Part shown: positions 24,717 through 37,543 of the stretch, piece after piece
How positions within the stretch are numbered: the stretch's first letter is position 1
Layout: every line of letters starts with the position of its first letter
Origin: Gonapodya sp. JEL0774
Taxonomy: Eukaryota
Assembly (NCBI GenBank): GCA_027604505.1
Contig: JADIIX010000002.1
Location: forward strand, 310,001 to 374,000
Direction of reading: 5' to 3'
Length of the DNA: 64,000 nucleotides
Notes under the pieces: model-generated
Databases searched by the model: none
Seen by the model: the letters and a program-made list of their open reading frames with translations, nothing else
Told to the model about the DNA's origin: nothing
Position numbers and translations under genes: made by a program

Positions 24717-25541
24717 ATGGCAGCGAAAAGTCTACCAGCTTCTCCTCCTGCGCCTCTGGAAGCTGAGCTTCTGACTCCTTCGGCGTCTTCACCGCGAAAG
24801 CCGAGAGTAATGTACCATCCGAGGTTAAGAGAGCCCATTCTTGCGCGAAAAACGCTCGCCATCGTGTGCGCTGTGGTGCTGGTAATCATTATCGTGCCCA
24901 CTGCTGTCGTGCTGAGGAGTAGAATAGTACCCGCTGCCTCCATGACGTTTTACTATCCAAACGTGAGAGCTCTCTTTCTATTAGCTGGTACTCCTGAAGC
25001 CAACTTTATGTGCCAGACTACCGTCGGCTCTTGCTTGACCTTGATTCGTGACAACGATTCAATTGTCGCAATGGTTCGTGACGGATCCAGTTTCAATTCG
25101 ACTTTCTTCCAATGACGGAACCAACAATGCCATACAGAATGCCCATCAGTACTCACAGGATGTTTGCGGGAAGCGAGTCTGCATCACGTACGGTGCCAAC
25201 TCAACAAACGCGACGGTTCAGGTATGATGATGTCATAAGAGCATCATTGATGATTTGCGTTAGCGGGCAGTTGAACTCACCGCACTGTTCACCTCCATCA
25301 GGATCTATGTCCTGAATGCGACTACTCTCAGCTTGATGCAGCACCACAAGTATGGCACGACCTAGGAGGTATTCCTATCATCGCTTTGCCCCATCCTCGA
25401 CACTCTGGTGACGCGCGACTCTCCTCAAACAGCTGATATGGACATTGGGAGAATCAAAACTAATTTATCGGTGAGCTCGTGCAGTGTGAGATGAGAGCGG
25501 TCAATTCTGACAGCAACTTCTCAAAGTGGAGCTACTGCTGA
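24717..25541 (+). CDS. RlpA-like double-psi beta-barrel (expansin/loosenin-related) protein with N-terminal membrane anchor
   Basis: Hydrophobic segment LAIVCAVVLVIIIVPTAVVL, then MTFYYP|TTVGSC..DSIVAM..CGKRVCITYG..ATVQ|DLCPECDYSQLD..GRIKTNLS|WSYC*. This matches the fungal DPBB pattern. The start could alternatively be ATG 24810. Confidence 0.78.
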
Positions 25542-25768
25542 ACAGTCAGGACTCACCTCTAGAATTCTTGTAGCAAATCGTCTTTAGTGGGAGTCATCTC
25601 TTGCAGTTGTGGCTCATTTTTTGGGTCAGTTTTGTGGGAATTTGATATGCTACGTCCGATGTCTTCGTACATTATCGTGTGGTTTATTCGTGGGCCTATG
25701 TTTATCCCTAGACTGGCGTGTTACTACAATACATACTTGCAGCTACCCCCCCCCCCACAAATTCGAAA

Positions 25769-27029
25769 ATGCCACTTTTCGAAGTCGTTGGTCTCACCCA
25801 CTACACAGATCCCGTCTCTGATGAGCAATCTGGCGAAAGCCCTCGCCCTCTCTTCCGCGACGTGACGTTTTCGGTCAGCTCAGAGGGATCAGACCGACCA
25901 GTCGTGGTGGCTGTACGTGGACCGTCGGGCGCGGGGAAGACAACGATGCTCAAGTTATTGGCGGAGCTGATTGTATGTGAGGGGAAAGGAAAAGCGAAAT
26001 TGGACGGAAAGTGAGTGCGTGGAGCTCTGATCTGCAGACTGAGTCCTTTTCTGTCCGTGAGATCACATTCGCTCGCTTTTGTCCTCCTCGACGTCTCCGA
26101 TCCAACATTAACTATTCGATTTTAAGAACGTCTTCTGCGCTTGGTGTCCCCACATGGCGATCCCGTGTGATGTACGTGCCCCAACGCCCACCGGTGATGC
26201 CAGGCACTCCCATCGATTTTTACAACGATGTGGTATGCAAGTTTGCGGCGCATAAGGAAGATTTGGGTGCTGGGGCCTTGCGGAAGAGGAAATTCACGGA
26301 CCCCGTGGACATTGGCAAGAGGTGAGACTCCATGCTGTGGATATGATTGAACCTGGGGACCAGATTCCTCATCATGACGAACACTCTCGGCACACGTTCG
26401 CTCTCACATCGACTGTTCCTTGCTTCCATGGCTCTACTCTCTCCCGTTAACTTTCAGATGGGGTCTCAATGAAGACCTTTGGCACAAAGAGTGGTCCTCT
26501 CTGTCGGGAGGCGAGAACCAACGAGTGGCGTTGGCCGTTGCGCTGGCACGAGATCCGGACGTTATGTTGCTTGACGGTACGTCTCCTTGCTCGCGTGGAA
26601 TAAAATTCGGCTGCACGAACGTCAGTGGAAACCCCACATATGTTCGTGGTGGCTCACCCATGCCCTACAGAGCCCACCTCCGCCCTCGATCCCGTATCCA
26701 CACTTCTCGTAGAAGAAGCCCTCCTTGGCCGTCCACGTAGCTCTCCTGACGCCCACCCGTCCGTCGCAAACGGCGACTCCACATCTTCTTCGAAACCGAA
26801 TATTCTCACCCCCGTCACTCCTCGGATTATTATCTGGGTAACGCACAATGAACAACAAGAAGCACGCGTGGCAGACTATTTGTTGGAACTGAAAGGGCTA
26901 AACGGGGGCGGGGAATGGGAATTTGGCAAGGAAAATAAAGGGTCTCCAGAAAGTGCGGGGGGCGCGGACGGCAACAGTGCGAGTAAGGAGCATAGGAGCA
27001 AAGACTTGGTGCTGAATATCGGAGAATAG
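25769..27029 (+). CDS. Stand-alone ABC ATPase (single NBD; YbbL/FetA/STAR1-like)
   Basis: Walker A GPSGAGKT, WRSRVMYVPQ (Q-loop), signature LSGGENQR, Walker B MLLD|EPTSALD, H-loop WVTHN. No TM domain. Confidence 0.9.
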
Positions 27030-27223
27030 AGAAAACGATTTCAGCGGCGGAAGTGCTTGAGCATATTTTGTCCGAGCTACGTTTATTTGACTGTCAATTA
27101 CATTTTAATTGATCGCTGATCCCTTGATTATGCTTTGCGAGAACGAACTTGACATTTTTGGTGTACGTGTGATACATAAGCGATTCATTAATGGTGCAAA
27201 TACCTCAACTCATCGATGGATGT

Positions 27224-30200
27224 TCAACCTGCCCACCCTGCCTCAATCGCCTCGACCAAGCTCTCATAGATAAACACAAACTGCTCCAAAGTCTGCACCA
27301 CGTACATTCTCTGCCCCCTCAACACACGCAACAGATTTACCACAGGATCCTCCCCAGGTGGATCCGACGCCAAGTCCATCAACGCGGAACTTGCCGGGTA
27401 CCGCGCTAGTTCCTCTGCCAAGGCTGCGGCAGCTAGAGCTGCTTCACCATGGATCGATGCCGACAGGCCCCGTCCACTCGCGGTGGTCTGTACGGGAACG
27501 GGCATGTCTCGGGGATTGAGGGGGGGCCACCCAAGATCTACAGGAATACCCGCTCTGGCTCTCCATTCCTTCACCATCTTTATCATAGTGTCGACGACGG
27601 CAAACGTTCCAGTTCGCCCCACTCCGGCTGAACAGTGAACAACCATGGGACCGGGGGAGCTCGTTGAGGTTTGGTGATGATTGGCGAGCTGGATGATACG
27701 GAGCAGTGTTCCGGGTTTCTCTGGGCAACCAGCAATGCAAACCGCAGTTTCACTCTGTCTTCCAAGTATTCAACATCCAAACAGTCGACTCACCAGGCAC
27801 TCCATGATCGGGCCAACCGGTATGCTGGATGTGTACAACCTGAATGCTTTCCGCTGACCCATCAGAATGCTTGCCTTCCCCCCGCGCAGCGTGCACAGAG
27901 ATTCGTCGCACCACGATATCCTCCCCGTGCCGCTCCTCCCCCGTCAAAGTGACCCACAGGGAGTACTGATACAAGTGAGGGTTGGGTGAGGATGAACCAG
28001 TAGAGGAGGAGGATGACGGTACGGTGACTGTGTAGCGATTTGTCTGGCCACGCTTGATCGGCCAGTATGTATGGCACTTGACGCGGCCTCGCTCCTCCAA
28101 CTTTTTGGTGTGATATGTGAGTTTGGATAGTTGCAAAGCAGATGCGATACTGCTCCGTTTAAACTCACATTGGTCAACATCACTACAACTGTACTTCCGT
28201 GTTCCCAAACAAGTTGCCAAAAGTCACCGACCGTGGCCGGAGTTGGCCCTTGTGTTGAGATATAGGTGGTTGAGGAGGGCAAACCCCGCAAGGCTGGGTG
28301 GGTAAGTGTTTTAAACGAGCTGCATAGTGGAGGTGCTGGTACATAGTATGGATAACTCGTGAGGTAGCTTGTCACAAAATGTACAATGCACGGTGAGAAC
28401 AGGAGTACTGTGCACGATCACGGCAATGCGACTAGGATACCTCGCATTAACGTAGTCACTCCACCCGCTGGTAATGGACACTGGCGGTCGTGTAATAAGA
28501 AGCCCCAATACGCTGGAAGCGGGGCCTGCTTGGACTCTTGGTATTTTGAGCTCCTCCTTTGCACTGGCCATTCTTTTATGCGTGAGACTTAGAGGAGGGG
28601 TCTCTGGGAGCGGCTTTGACAAATCAGGAGGCTGTGCTGTATCACCATGCAGAAACGATCCAGTTCGCTTATGTTGCCGAAACATGTTTGCCACGAAGCT
28701 GTCGCCTCCGTTCACCAATGCTTGATCTCCCGCCGTCATGGGCTGACCAGGAACGCGCCCCGACCCCAGTCGAACACGAGCACACTCATAAGGAGCCACG
28801 TCTGGATACCGGTTTCGAGTGCGATTCCGAGGCTCGGAGGCCGCTGCGATTGAATGTGGATGGAACATTTCACTCATGCGATCCCCAAACCGGGCTTCTG
28901 ACTCATAGTCTACAAAAGCGTAGGCGTATCCTAGGTAGCCGGCCAACGTGGGAGGTGAGGACGTTGAGGGAGAAGACGAGTGGGTAGAGAACGGAGAGTT
29001 CGGGGGGGGAGAATTGCGGGGAATCGATGCACTCAAAGGGGATGTGCGCGGCAGCGATAGAAGCGCGGCAACAAACGGGGGGAACAGCGGTAATGGAGGG
29101 CGGGGGCAAAAGCGGGGAGGAGATGTCCCAAGTACAGAGGATGAGAGGTGTGCTGACTGTTCCGATGTTGTGCCGGACGGTAGGGACCGTAGTGTACCCG
29201 AGGGCGACGCAGATGCAGAACTTGGAGGCGACGGTGTAATAGCTCCGGAGCCAGTATCAGACTTTACGCGGGTGAGTCCCAGGCCCGATATGAAGTTAAG
29301 GATTCGCCTCTGCGGTGTGACTCTTGGCAGCGCCGCCCCGTGGGAAGATGTCGCGGAATCGAGATGCGGTGGGTGAGACGTGACAGTAGGGGGGAGTCCT
29401 GATGAAGAGATGTTCGCGACAGTGGATTCAGCGCTGGCAGTCCACCGCGATTCCTCAGATTGACTACTCGGAGGAGGATTTGTCGATTCCCCTTGCCGTG
29501 GGGCGACATTCAAACCGTGGTGGTTGTCTTGGAAGGTAGAAGATGCATGAGAATCTCGAAGACCCACAGAGGACAATGGGTCGCGGGAACTGGTCGACAA
29601 AGCCGACTGCGCAGGTGGCATTGGTACCTTTGGGGGCATTATCCTGATTGATCCCGCAGCAGGAAGAGCCCAAGGGATTGGTACTATCGATGATGAAGAT
29701 GAAGAAGGCTCCTTGGACCTTTTCGCCCGCCCCTCACCATTTCGTCGTGGCCACACCGAAGGAAAAAGAGGTGAGCGGTTTGGCGAGGGCGTCGCCGACC
29801 CAAGTGAACTCGCAGTTGAGACAGTGGATCCCGTGGAGGAGGCAAGCGTGGGAACTGGTAGATTTAAGGGGCCAGCAGCGGAGAGAACTATGTACTTGGC
29901 GCGTGCTTCGGCGTTAGAGCGCTTCGCCTTTGGTTTTGGTAAAGCGGGTGAGGTGTCATTCAGCACATATCTTCACGAGCGATCCACAGTCTAAAGAATA
30001 GCTCTCGTTATCATCCATGTATGTAAAAGTCACTCGCGCTTCGTCGCTGAGGTCGCCGACACGTTGCATGGAGACATGCTCTTCTTCTACCCACCAGGTG
30101 TGCTGCCGCGCGAAATACGGTTCGAGCTGCCTTTGCTGATGTAGGGGAGAAAACTGGTGGGAAAAGTGCAGAGTCTGGAAATCCCCATGAGTGGGTGGAC

Positions 30201-30604
30201 TTTGGAGGAGGTGACAGCACGGACTCTGTTGGAAAACCATCCTCGTCCTTCGATCCATGCACTCCATTCAAGCGGTCCACGTTCCCGTCGTCTGTTGTTT
30301 CTCCACCTTCTCCCTCTGTAAAATCTGTTTCGGATTCCGTGTCCTGTTGGCCTGAAGCGTCAGCTCCCTTGTCGGCGTCTGGAGTGCCAGGATGCGAAGT
30401 CGACTGCTGCCGAGGTATTTCAAGAGTTGTGACTACGGAATTCAAACCCCGTGCAAAAATATGAGATGGAAGCGACAGCGGGCGGCCAGCATCTCGTCGC
30501 CTAACGAGAATTGGTGAGTCTGCCAATCGCGGGCCCATAGTTGGCGCCGGCTTTAAGCCAACGTTGGAAGTGCCGTGAACGGTCCCGTTCGCCGTTTGGG
30601 GCAT
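27224..30604 (-). CDS. Classical protein tyrosine phosphatase with long Ser/Pro-rich N-terminus (link to the first exon 30011-30604 uncertain)
   Basis: [71 protein letters not shown]. Confidence 0.92.
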
Positions 30605-30732
30605 AAATTTGGATCTTGTTTTCGGTTAGGAATGATCCGCGGAATGATTCATTCTGCCTATTCGGTCACGTGCATGACCCCGACACATCACCTTGTGCTC
30701 ACATTCAATACATGATGTTTCTTTCACGTGCA

Positions 30733-33700
30733 TTAGAAAAAATCGGCGAGCGTTGTTCCACCAGTTCTTCTCGGCGGTTCATAATCTTCGTTACCACGAC
30801 CTCGCCGTCCCCTACCTCTTCGTCCTCCAGAGCTCTCCCCTCCTCTCCGTCCTACAGAGCTTCCAGCACCACCTCCTTGCCCTTTTCCTCCCCGACCCCT
30901 CCCACCATCCCCTCCTTCGCGGGAACCACCCTGGTCCGATCCCCCTCGACTCCCTCGCGACCTCCCACGACCCCTTCCTCTTCCACCTCTTCTTCTAGCA
31001 AACAACCGCGCAAATCTACATCGGAGAATGTCAATCAGAATGGCGGCACCCAAGATCTTACATTCGCTCGACTCACGATGTTTCTAACACCCCACCCAAC
31101 TCATCGCCATCACATTGAATGCACGTTTCGAGTAGATCTTCCCGCTCCGCTTTCTTCCCAAAGTTGAGGTCCAATAATCTACATCCACAATCCTCACACG
31201 AGTTCGTGCACAATGAGACGTCTGGATATTCGTGATCAAGATTAAATTGGATTCTGTCACGGGGGTGCGCCTGCAATTTTCTTACTATGCACGCTGTCGT
31301 CAAAAGACATCACCAAAGTGCATTGATTGCAACATATCTGCGTAAATCGCCAGAAAAAATGAGAACGTGAACGCAAAAGTGCTCTACGGCAACTTGTGCA
31401 CTCACTTTCCATCGCGGCGCGCTCGTCGCATCGAGGACCATTACGCCCTTACAGCGTTCCTCCGGACACGGACACACGCCACAGCGCGCTGCTGAGTGTT
31501 CACATGAAGTCACGGGGCATTGGTTGCAACCCTGACAGACATCAATCGTTGATATTGTGGTAGCAGGACAATGAAACATCTCACTCACCATTGGTGCCTC
31601 CACGACACCTTCCTCCACAGCTGGTGGCTCCGAATAGCACCTAGGGCAAAATGAAAATCCCTTCCCTTTCGATCCGGTCGTAAAGTAAACCAGCTCAAAA
31701 TTGTCTAATGGGCATTTGAGCTCGCGATACAACTGTTCCACAAGCTCAGTCATCAGCCAGGACAGTCAATCCGTGTGTCTAGGGCAAATAATTACCTTAA
31801 TTGTACCTCCTTGAGGCACTGAGTATGTCTCTTCGCAGGTCCTGCAATGTAATCTCTGCGGTCGGAGTGCCAAATAGTTCAAATATCGCCGACAACGCCC
31901 GCACTTGGAGAGCGGCCGCCCGGAAGATGCAAGGGAACTGAATGTTGCCTCAAAAAGATCATCCTGAAGTACCGTGAGGAGAGGCAGTAACACCAAGACC
32001 TGACTTGAGTCTGTCATCGTTGGACCAATCTTACCATTCTGCTGATATTCTCAGCAAAGAAACTGAATTTTTTCTTAAACACATTGAGCTCTTCACGCAG
32101 TACAATTTCTGCTGGAGTCGATCCCGACGCTATGAGAGAGATACGCTTCTCCATCGCGGAGCGAAGGCTTCACAGCGTGGCGCGATGAGTAACATTTGCG
32201 TGATGAGGGTCAAATCAACGATATTCGCATGAACTCACGTTGGCAAACTTAATTCAGGATCAATTTTTTCTGCAGATTATTAAATTTATCAAGCGGTATC
32301 AGATGCATGTAGAGAACAAAATAATAGACTCACGATACCCATGAATGAGCACAACTCCAAGATTTGTAGGTTTGAGACGACGCCGCGGTCCTTCAACCTA
32401 GCAACTCACAACTTTAGTGCCGGCAAAGGAATTTCTGCGTGCAAAATTCATACTCACAGTAACGTATCGACGATTAACAATGTTTTCAATGTGCAGCGCC
32501 ATGGATGCGTCAGTACCGATACCCTACATTAAGTAAGGGTTTAGGGTTGCCCAACCCACCGAAGCCACTCAGTGCAGCGCATCTACTTCAACGTACCAGC
32601 TTCTCCATTTCTCCAACCATCTCCCCTTCACTTAGATACTCAGGGGGTTTCGTGACCCCCTCTCTTACGGTGACATCGTCCAATGGATACTCCGCACCTG
32701 CTTCCAAGCCGGGGGGCAATTCGTCCCCACCTTGTGCTGCAGCGGCCTCGTCCTCGTCTTCTTCTTCTGGACGATCTTCTTCATCTCTTTCGGCAGGGCC
32801 GTACCGCCAAGCCCAATGAGCGACAGAGGCGAAGCCAGGGTGAAGGAGGCGTCTTCCAGTTGTGGTGAATGTTGTCTCGGGAGCACTCGGATTCGAGCTA
32901 TTTGAAGACGGAGGAGAACCAAGTACCATAGTAACAGTAGTCCGGAGATATTTAAGATTTGGGGAAACGGAGGCAATGAATGTTCGCTATGCGACGCTTT
33001 GTGAGTCAGTCAGGTGAATATCGACTTTTGTTCATTCAACTCACTGTAATGAGATCGTAAAGGCGCAGTTCTCCACCAGCGAGATCAAACTCTGTAGCGC
33101 ATCGTGTTGGAGTACTGGTGCAATAGGACTGCTGTGTGAAATACATCCGAAAATAGATAAAGATATCGATTTTGACGTCTTCTCACATCGGTGGATGGTC
33201 CCCTTTATCAACACCCCCATCAGGTCGCCTTACGCCCTCCTTCAGCAGTTCTCGCACATATCCACCCCACGCAGGATGGTCCTTGTGAAGGAGCAATGCA
33301 CCTGAGAGATCAAAGGTCGTCGAATACGCTGTAGTCTCCGTCCGAGGGTAGGAAATAAAACCAGCCATGTAGAGGCGCTCTGAGATGGACATCTACCAAA
33401 GCAAACACATATTTCACTTCTCGTTCATCTTAAAAGCGACACGGTACACAAACAGCTTCCGCTGGGGACATCCCGAGTCTGGCGGATGCAGCTGCATGAT
33501 ACAAAGCAACGTGTAGATCACTGTTCTTCGAGCTTTTTGAGTGGTCTTGTCGACCTTTGGGCGCTCTTACCCTTCAACATCTCGACTGTATTGAGAGCCC
33601 GTGGTCGCTGTAATGTACGCCGATCGTCAACCAGACGAATAACTCTGATTCTTCGCGGTCAGAAGAATGATGGTCCCCACTCGCAAATCTGTGTCAAGTC

Positions 33701-34867
33701 ACCTCGCCACTCCCTTCCCCTTCAGAGCATCCCTCAGTGCGTTCGCCTTGTTCCTCTCCCAGAATCTCCCTCTATCCGAACGCAACAACAGAGGTCGGCC
33801 ACCAATTGTAACCCTAGCGCTCAGCGTCCAGTACGAGCGTGGCTCAAATGAAAGGATAGCATCGTGGCGAGCTACGGCGAGGGCAAGTCTGTTACCCGGT
33901 GGCAAAAACAGAAAGACAAATCATGTTCCCTTCTCGAGATCTGATGAGTGAGCCAACGAGGTTGCTCACGTCGGAGTCTGACAAGGTCCGAAACTTATGG
34001 TCGACGAGTCCAAATTACCATATTTCCCTTGAAAGAATCGTGTCTGGAATCTGGTGAACGAAACGCCGATTTTCAGATCAAGCTCCTGTCGGACATCGAC
34101 GGCCTTGGCTTCGTCCTCGTTTGGCAAGCCGAGCTTGTTCATGGCGGCCTTTATTTCCTGAGGCGTAATTGCAGAAAATCGAGAGCGGAGAACAGACGAG
34201 CGCTTGGTGCCCCCGCCAGGTGGAGCGCGCATAAATGGTTGGACGCATTTTATCACCTCAAAGCAGCTGGGTTTTGCCGCATCAAAGCAGATAACGTGAA
34301 AGTTCACCTGCAGGTTGATCATAGTTTGATGAGGCTTACATATTCTCGCCTTCCCGGTCACAATCCAGCCAGAGCACGAGGTAGTTTACACCTTTTCCTT
34401 CAACCTGCAGGTGTTTGGCAACATGTTGCTTGGGGTTGGACTCGTTCTTCTCGGTGGGGGCATCATACAGTTCGATCGGGGGGACCGCGTCCCAGTTATT
34501 GTAAGCTGACGGAAAGTCAATGCTAAAGACGTGACCTAGTACACTTCGGAAGGTAAAAGTCGCTTTAAGACCACAGGAATTTTAGAGTTAGTTGTTTTAT
34601 TTGTCGAGCACCTCACCTTGTCATGCGAAAGTTTGCATTCTGTCCCATAAACTTCCCTTCCCACTCCCATACATTCGTAGCGACACCTTTCAACGGTGGA
34701 CGTATGACAGGTTGAGGGGGGATGGGGGAGAATCATTGTACAATGAACCCCAACAAGATCGTCTCAATCGTCTCACCCCGTCGCATATGGAGATTGCCTG
34801 TCACGAGAATTTTTGCAATAGCCTCTGCTAGTGACGGCTTTTCCGCCACCATTAAAACAAGAACCAT
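30733..34867 (-). CDS. TOP3B: DNA/RNA topoisomerase III beta (type IA) with C-terminal Cys clusters and RGG tail
   Basis: MVLVLMVAEKPSLA (TOPRIM), AVDVRQELDLKIGVSFTRFQT, SFGPCQTPT, catalytic GFISYPRTET, GDHPP, KCGRCRRY..CRTC, CPLDNFEL..CPRCY, C-terminal RGG-rich exon ending TTLADFF*. Confidence 0.93.
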
Positions 34868-34981
34868 ATTAGGTATTGAGATCCTCGCTTCAATTGGTTG
34901 AAGTTCGACTTCTGGCTGCGGTGGGCAGGTGACTATTCTTGTCAGTACAAATCATCATTCCAAATTTTATTGAAGTCGCCA
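34868..34981. promoter_or_regulatory. Putative bidirectional promoter TOP3B / ILK-like
   Basis: Divergent start codons only 114 bp apart. Confidence 0.55.
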
Positions 34982-37507
34982 ATGAAACCCTCATCCGCTG
35001 GTTTATCCGCGCGTGACTCTGCAGAGCATATCTATGTTGCGGCCCCCATTTCGCCTGTATCACCGGGTCTCCTTTTGCGGCGTGATTCGGGTGGAACGCA
35101 TTACGATTACCACTATTCCCAGGCACTAATTGATGCGGCGAAGGCAGGAGACGCATGGCTGGTGTCGGAAGTACTCCGGGACACCCTTGATGTGAACATC
35201 CGGTACTGTCAAGCCATGACTGAGAGCATGGTCCGATTCCAAAACCACAACTTTCTCCTCTTTGCTTTGACTGGATATCGAAAATGAATAAAACTTGCAT
35301 GGCATGTACTGAATGGAATAAAACTTGACTGGCAGCGATGTGCTCGAGAATACGGCAACTCACCATGCGTGTCGTGGAGGTGCGTCGGATACCAGCACAA
35401 AGAAAACGACGCGCAAACACTGACAAAAGTACTCGACCAATGCGTTCTTGTATTTTCTGTATACTGCTTTATTCTCTAGGACACGCGGAAGTTCTCGAGG
35501 TTCTTCTGGAGCGAAGACCAGACCTAGAGGCTCGCAATATTTCTGGCGACACGGCCCTCATCGTAGCAACTCAAGAGCTTAGACCGGACTTGATGTCAAT
35601 GGTATGAATGGAACTTCAATGAAACCGCTGTTTCGGTTAAGCGACTACTGAACCATAATATGAAACTTCACTCCTCGACAAGCTTTTGGAGGCGGGCGCA
35701 AAAGGTAACGAGCTGGGCCACCCAACTGCCCGCTCGCAAGTCTTGAAACATTTCCTTTGTTTTGTCTTCGAGCCAACTCCGCCAACGACCATGGTAACAC
35801 TCCACTACATTACGCTTGCTTCCGCCATCGCGCCGACATGGTCCAACTCCTCGTCAAAGAAGGGCACGCCAAGCTCAACATCGCCAACAAATACGGCAAA
35901 ACTCCTCTTACAATTGCTGGGCCAACTTGGGAGAAGGAGTTGAAAAAGAGTATGGTCACTCGCGTTCTTGTTTTCGAAACCAAAAAGCATTAATAAGCAC
36001 ATCGTCGCCACCGCAGTATACTTGGGAGACGAGGACGTGCAAGTAGCTGCTGTAAAGGCGCAAGGTCTGTCATCTTTCTCTGCTCGCCATACAAGTGTCG
36101 TAACTTTCGTTCCTTCATCAGCTCGATCCTTCGAAGAAGCTTCAGACCAAGCCCGAGCTCGGTTCCTCGCACAAAGTGACTCGGCTTAGATTGTCTGTCT
36201 TCTTTCTTCTCGTTTGACTTCTTCTTCATGGTTTTGTAGACACGGCCACCCTTCAAACACCTTCTTCGACTATTTCGTACCCCCCTGTGGATCCCTCCAC
36301 ACCCGACGTTCTTTCAGGTCTTCTCTCACTTACTCGGCATGCTGAAACGCGCCGCGCTCGCTGGAACGGCTGGGATGTCGCTGTGAAGCGTGTCGGCGTG
36401 TGGGAGGAGGTGGTGACAAACGGGAGCGCAAAAGAGGCGGCACGTGTGGAGGATATAAACTCCAAAAAAAGAAAAGAGATCGAGAGCATATGCAAAGAAG
36501 AGGTGGAAAGTTTGAGGTGATTGAAGTACTAGTGTGTTGATGAAACCTCTGCTCACCATAATCCACATGAAGGAAACTGTGGCATCCCAACCTCCTCCCC
36601 GTCATCGGTTTTACCAACGAGCCTCCACACAATGTATCCATTATCACCGAGTTATCGCCGATGGGCTCCCTCCACGCTCTTCTTTCCAATCCCGAAATCC
36701 TGATTGACGAACAAGCCGCGTACCAACTTGCTTTGGGCGCCGCTCAGGGCGTCGCATACCTCCATTCACAGCAACCCCCAATCGCACACGGTAACCTCAA
36801 ATCTCGCAATATTCTCGTGTACAAGGGTAATCAAGTCAAACTCGTGGAGTTTGGCTTCAGGATGAGTCCATTTGCAACAGGACTGAACCCCTCAAACCTA
36901 CACACACAGGCTGGAAAGTACGTCACAGACCCTACATATGTGCCACCGGAGATTTTGAGAGGTATTCTGGGATCGGACTATGATCCGAGGTGGGCCGATA
37001 GTTATGGGTTTGGGATGGTGTTGCACGAAGTGGCGACGAGGGCGCCAACTTGGCCTTCTACTTGGGGTCCGATGACCATTGGTCTGAAGGTACGTGTTGG
37101 CCCGTGACTTTTAAAGGTGGATGTAGCCCTTGATGCCATCGATCCTCGATCAGGTTCTCTTGGAGAACGCACGCCCCGAACTCCCCGAGTACGTTCCCAC
37201 CCTTTTAGCTGATCTCATTCACCGCTGTCTAGACTCAGATCCGCAAGTTCGCCCTGATTTCCGAGAGATTGTTGGGGTTCTGGAGGATCTCCTTCGAGCA
37301 GCGGAGGAGCTGAAGGGCATACGTGTGAACCCCATTAAGGCTCCCAAGGCGACATTGGTTGTACAGACTCGTGAAGGGCTAGAGAGAAAGGTTTCGGCTG
37401 TTGTAGAGCGGACGGGACACGGGAATGTCGGGGGGTTTGATGTCATGTCAATGCGAGGGTCCATCGGTGGACCAATGTCCCCGATCGAGCAGATCGGAGA
37501 TCAATGA
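34982..37507 (+). CDS. ILK: Integrin-linked kinase-like ankyrin-repeat pseudokinase
   Basis: Ankyrin repeats (GDTALIVA; NDHGNTPLHYACF..NIANKYGKTPL), then a kinase-like domain (ARWNGWDVAVK, HPNLLPVIG, MGSLHALL, HGNLKSRN in place of HRD, EFG in place of DFG, YVPPE, WADSYGFG, MTIGLKV..RPELP, DPQVRPDF). Confidence 0.78.
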
Positions 37508-37543
37508 TAGATTTTCTGTTATTCAGACACTGTGGGTATCTTT

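Noticed and set aside
30616..31167. 183-aa Ser/Pro/Thr-rich plus-strand ORF (mucin-like)
   Set aside because: Antisense of the TOP3B RGG exon.
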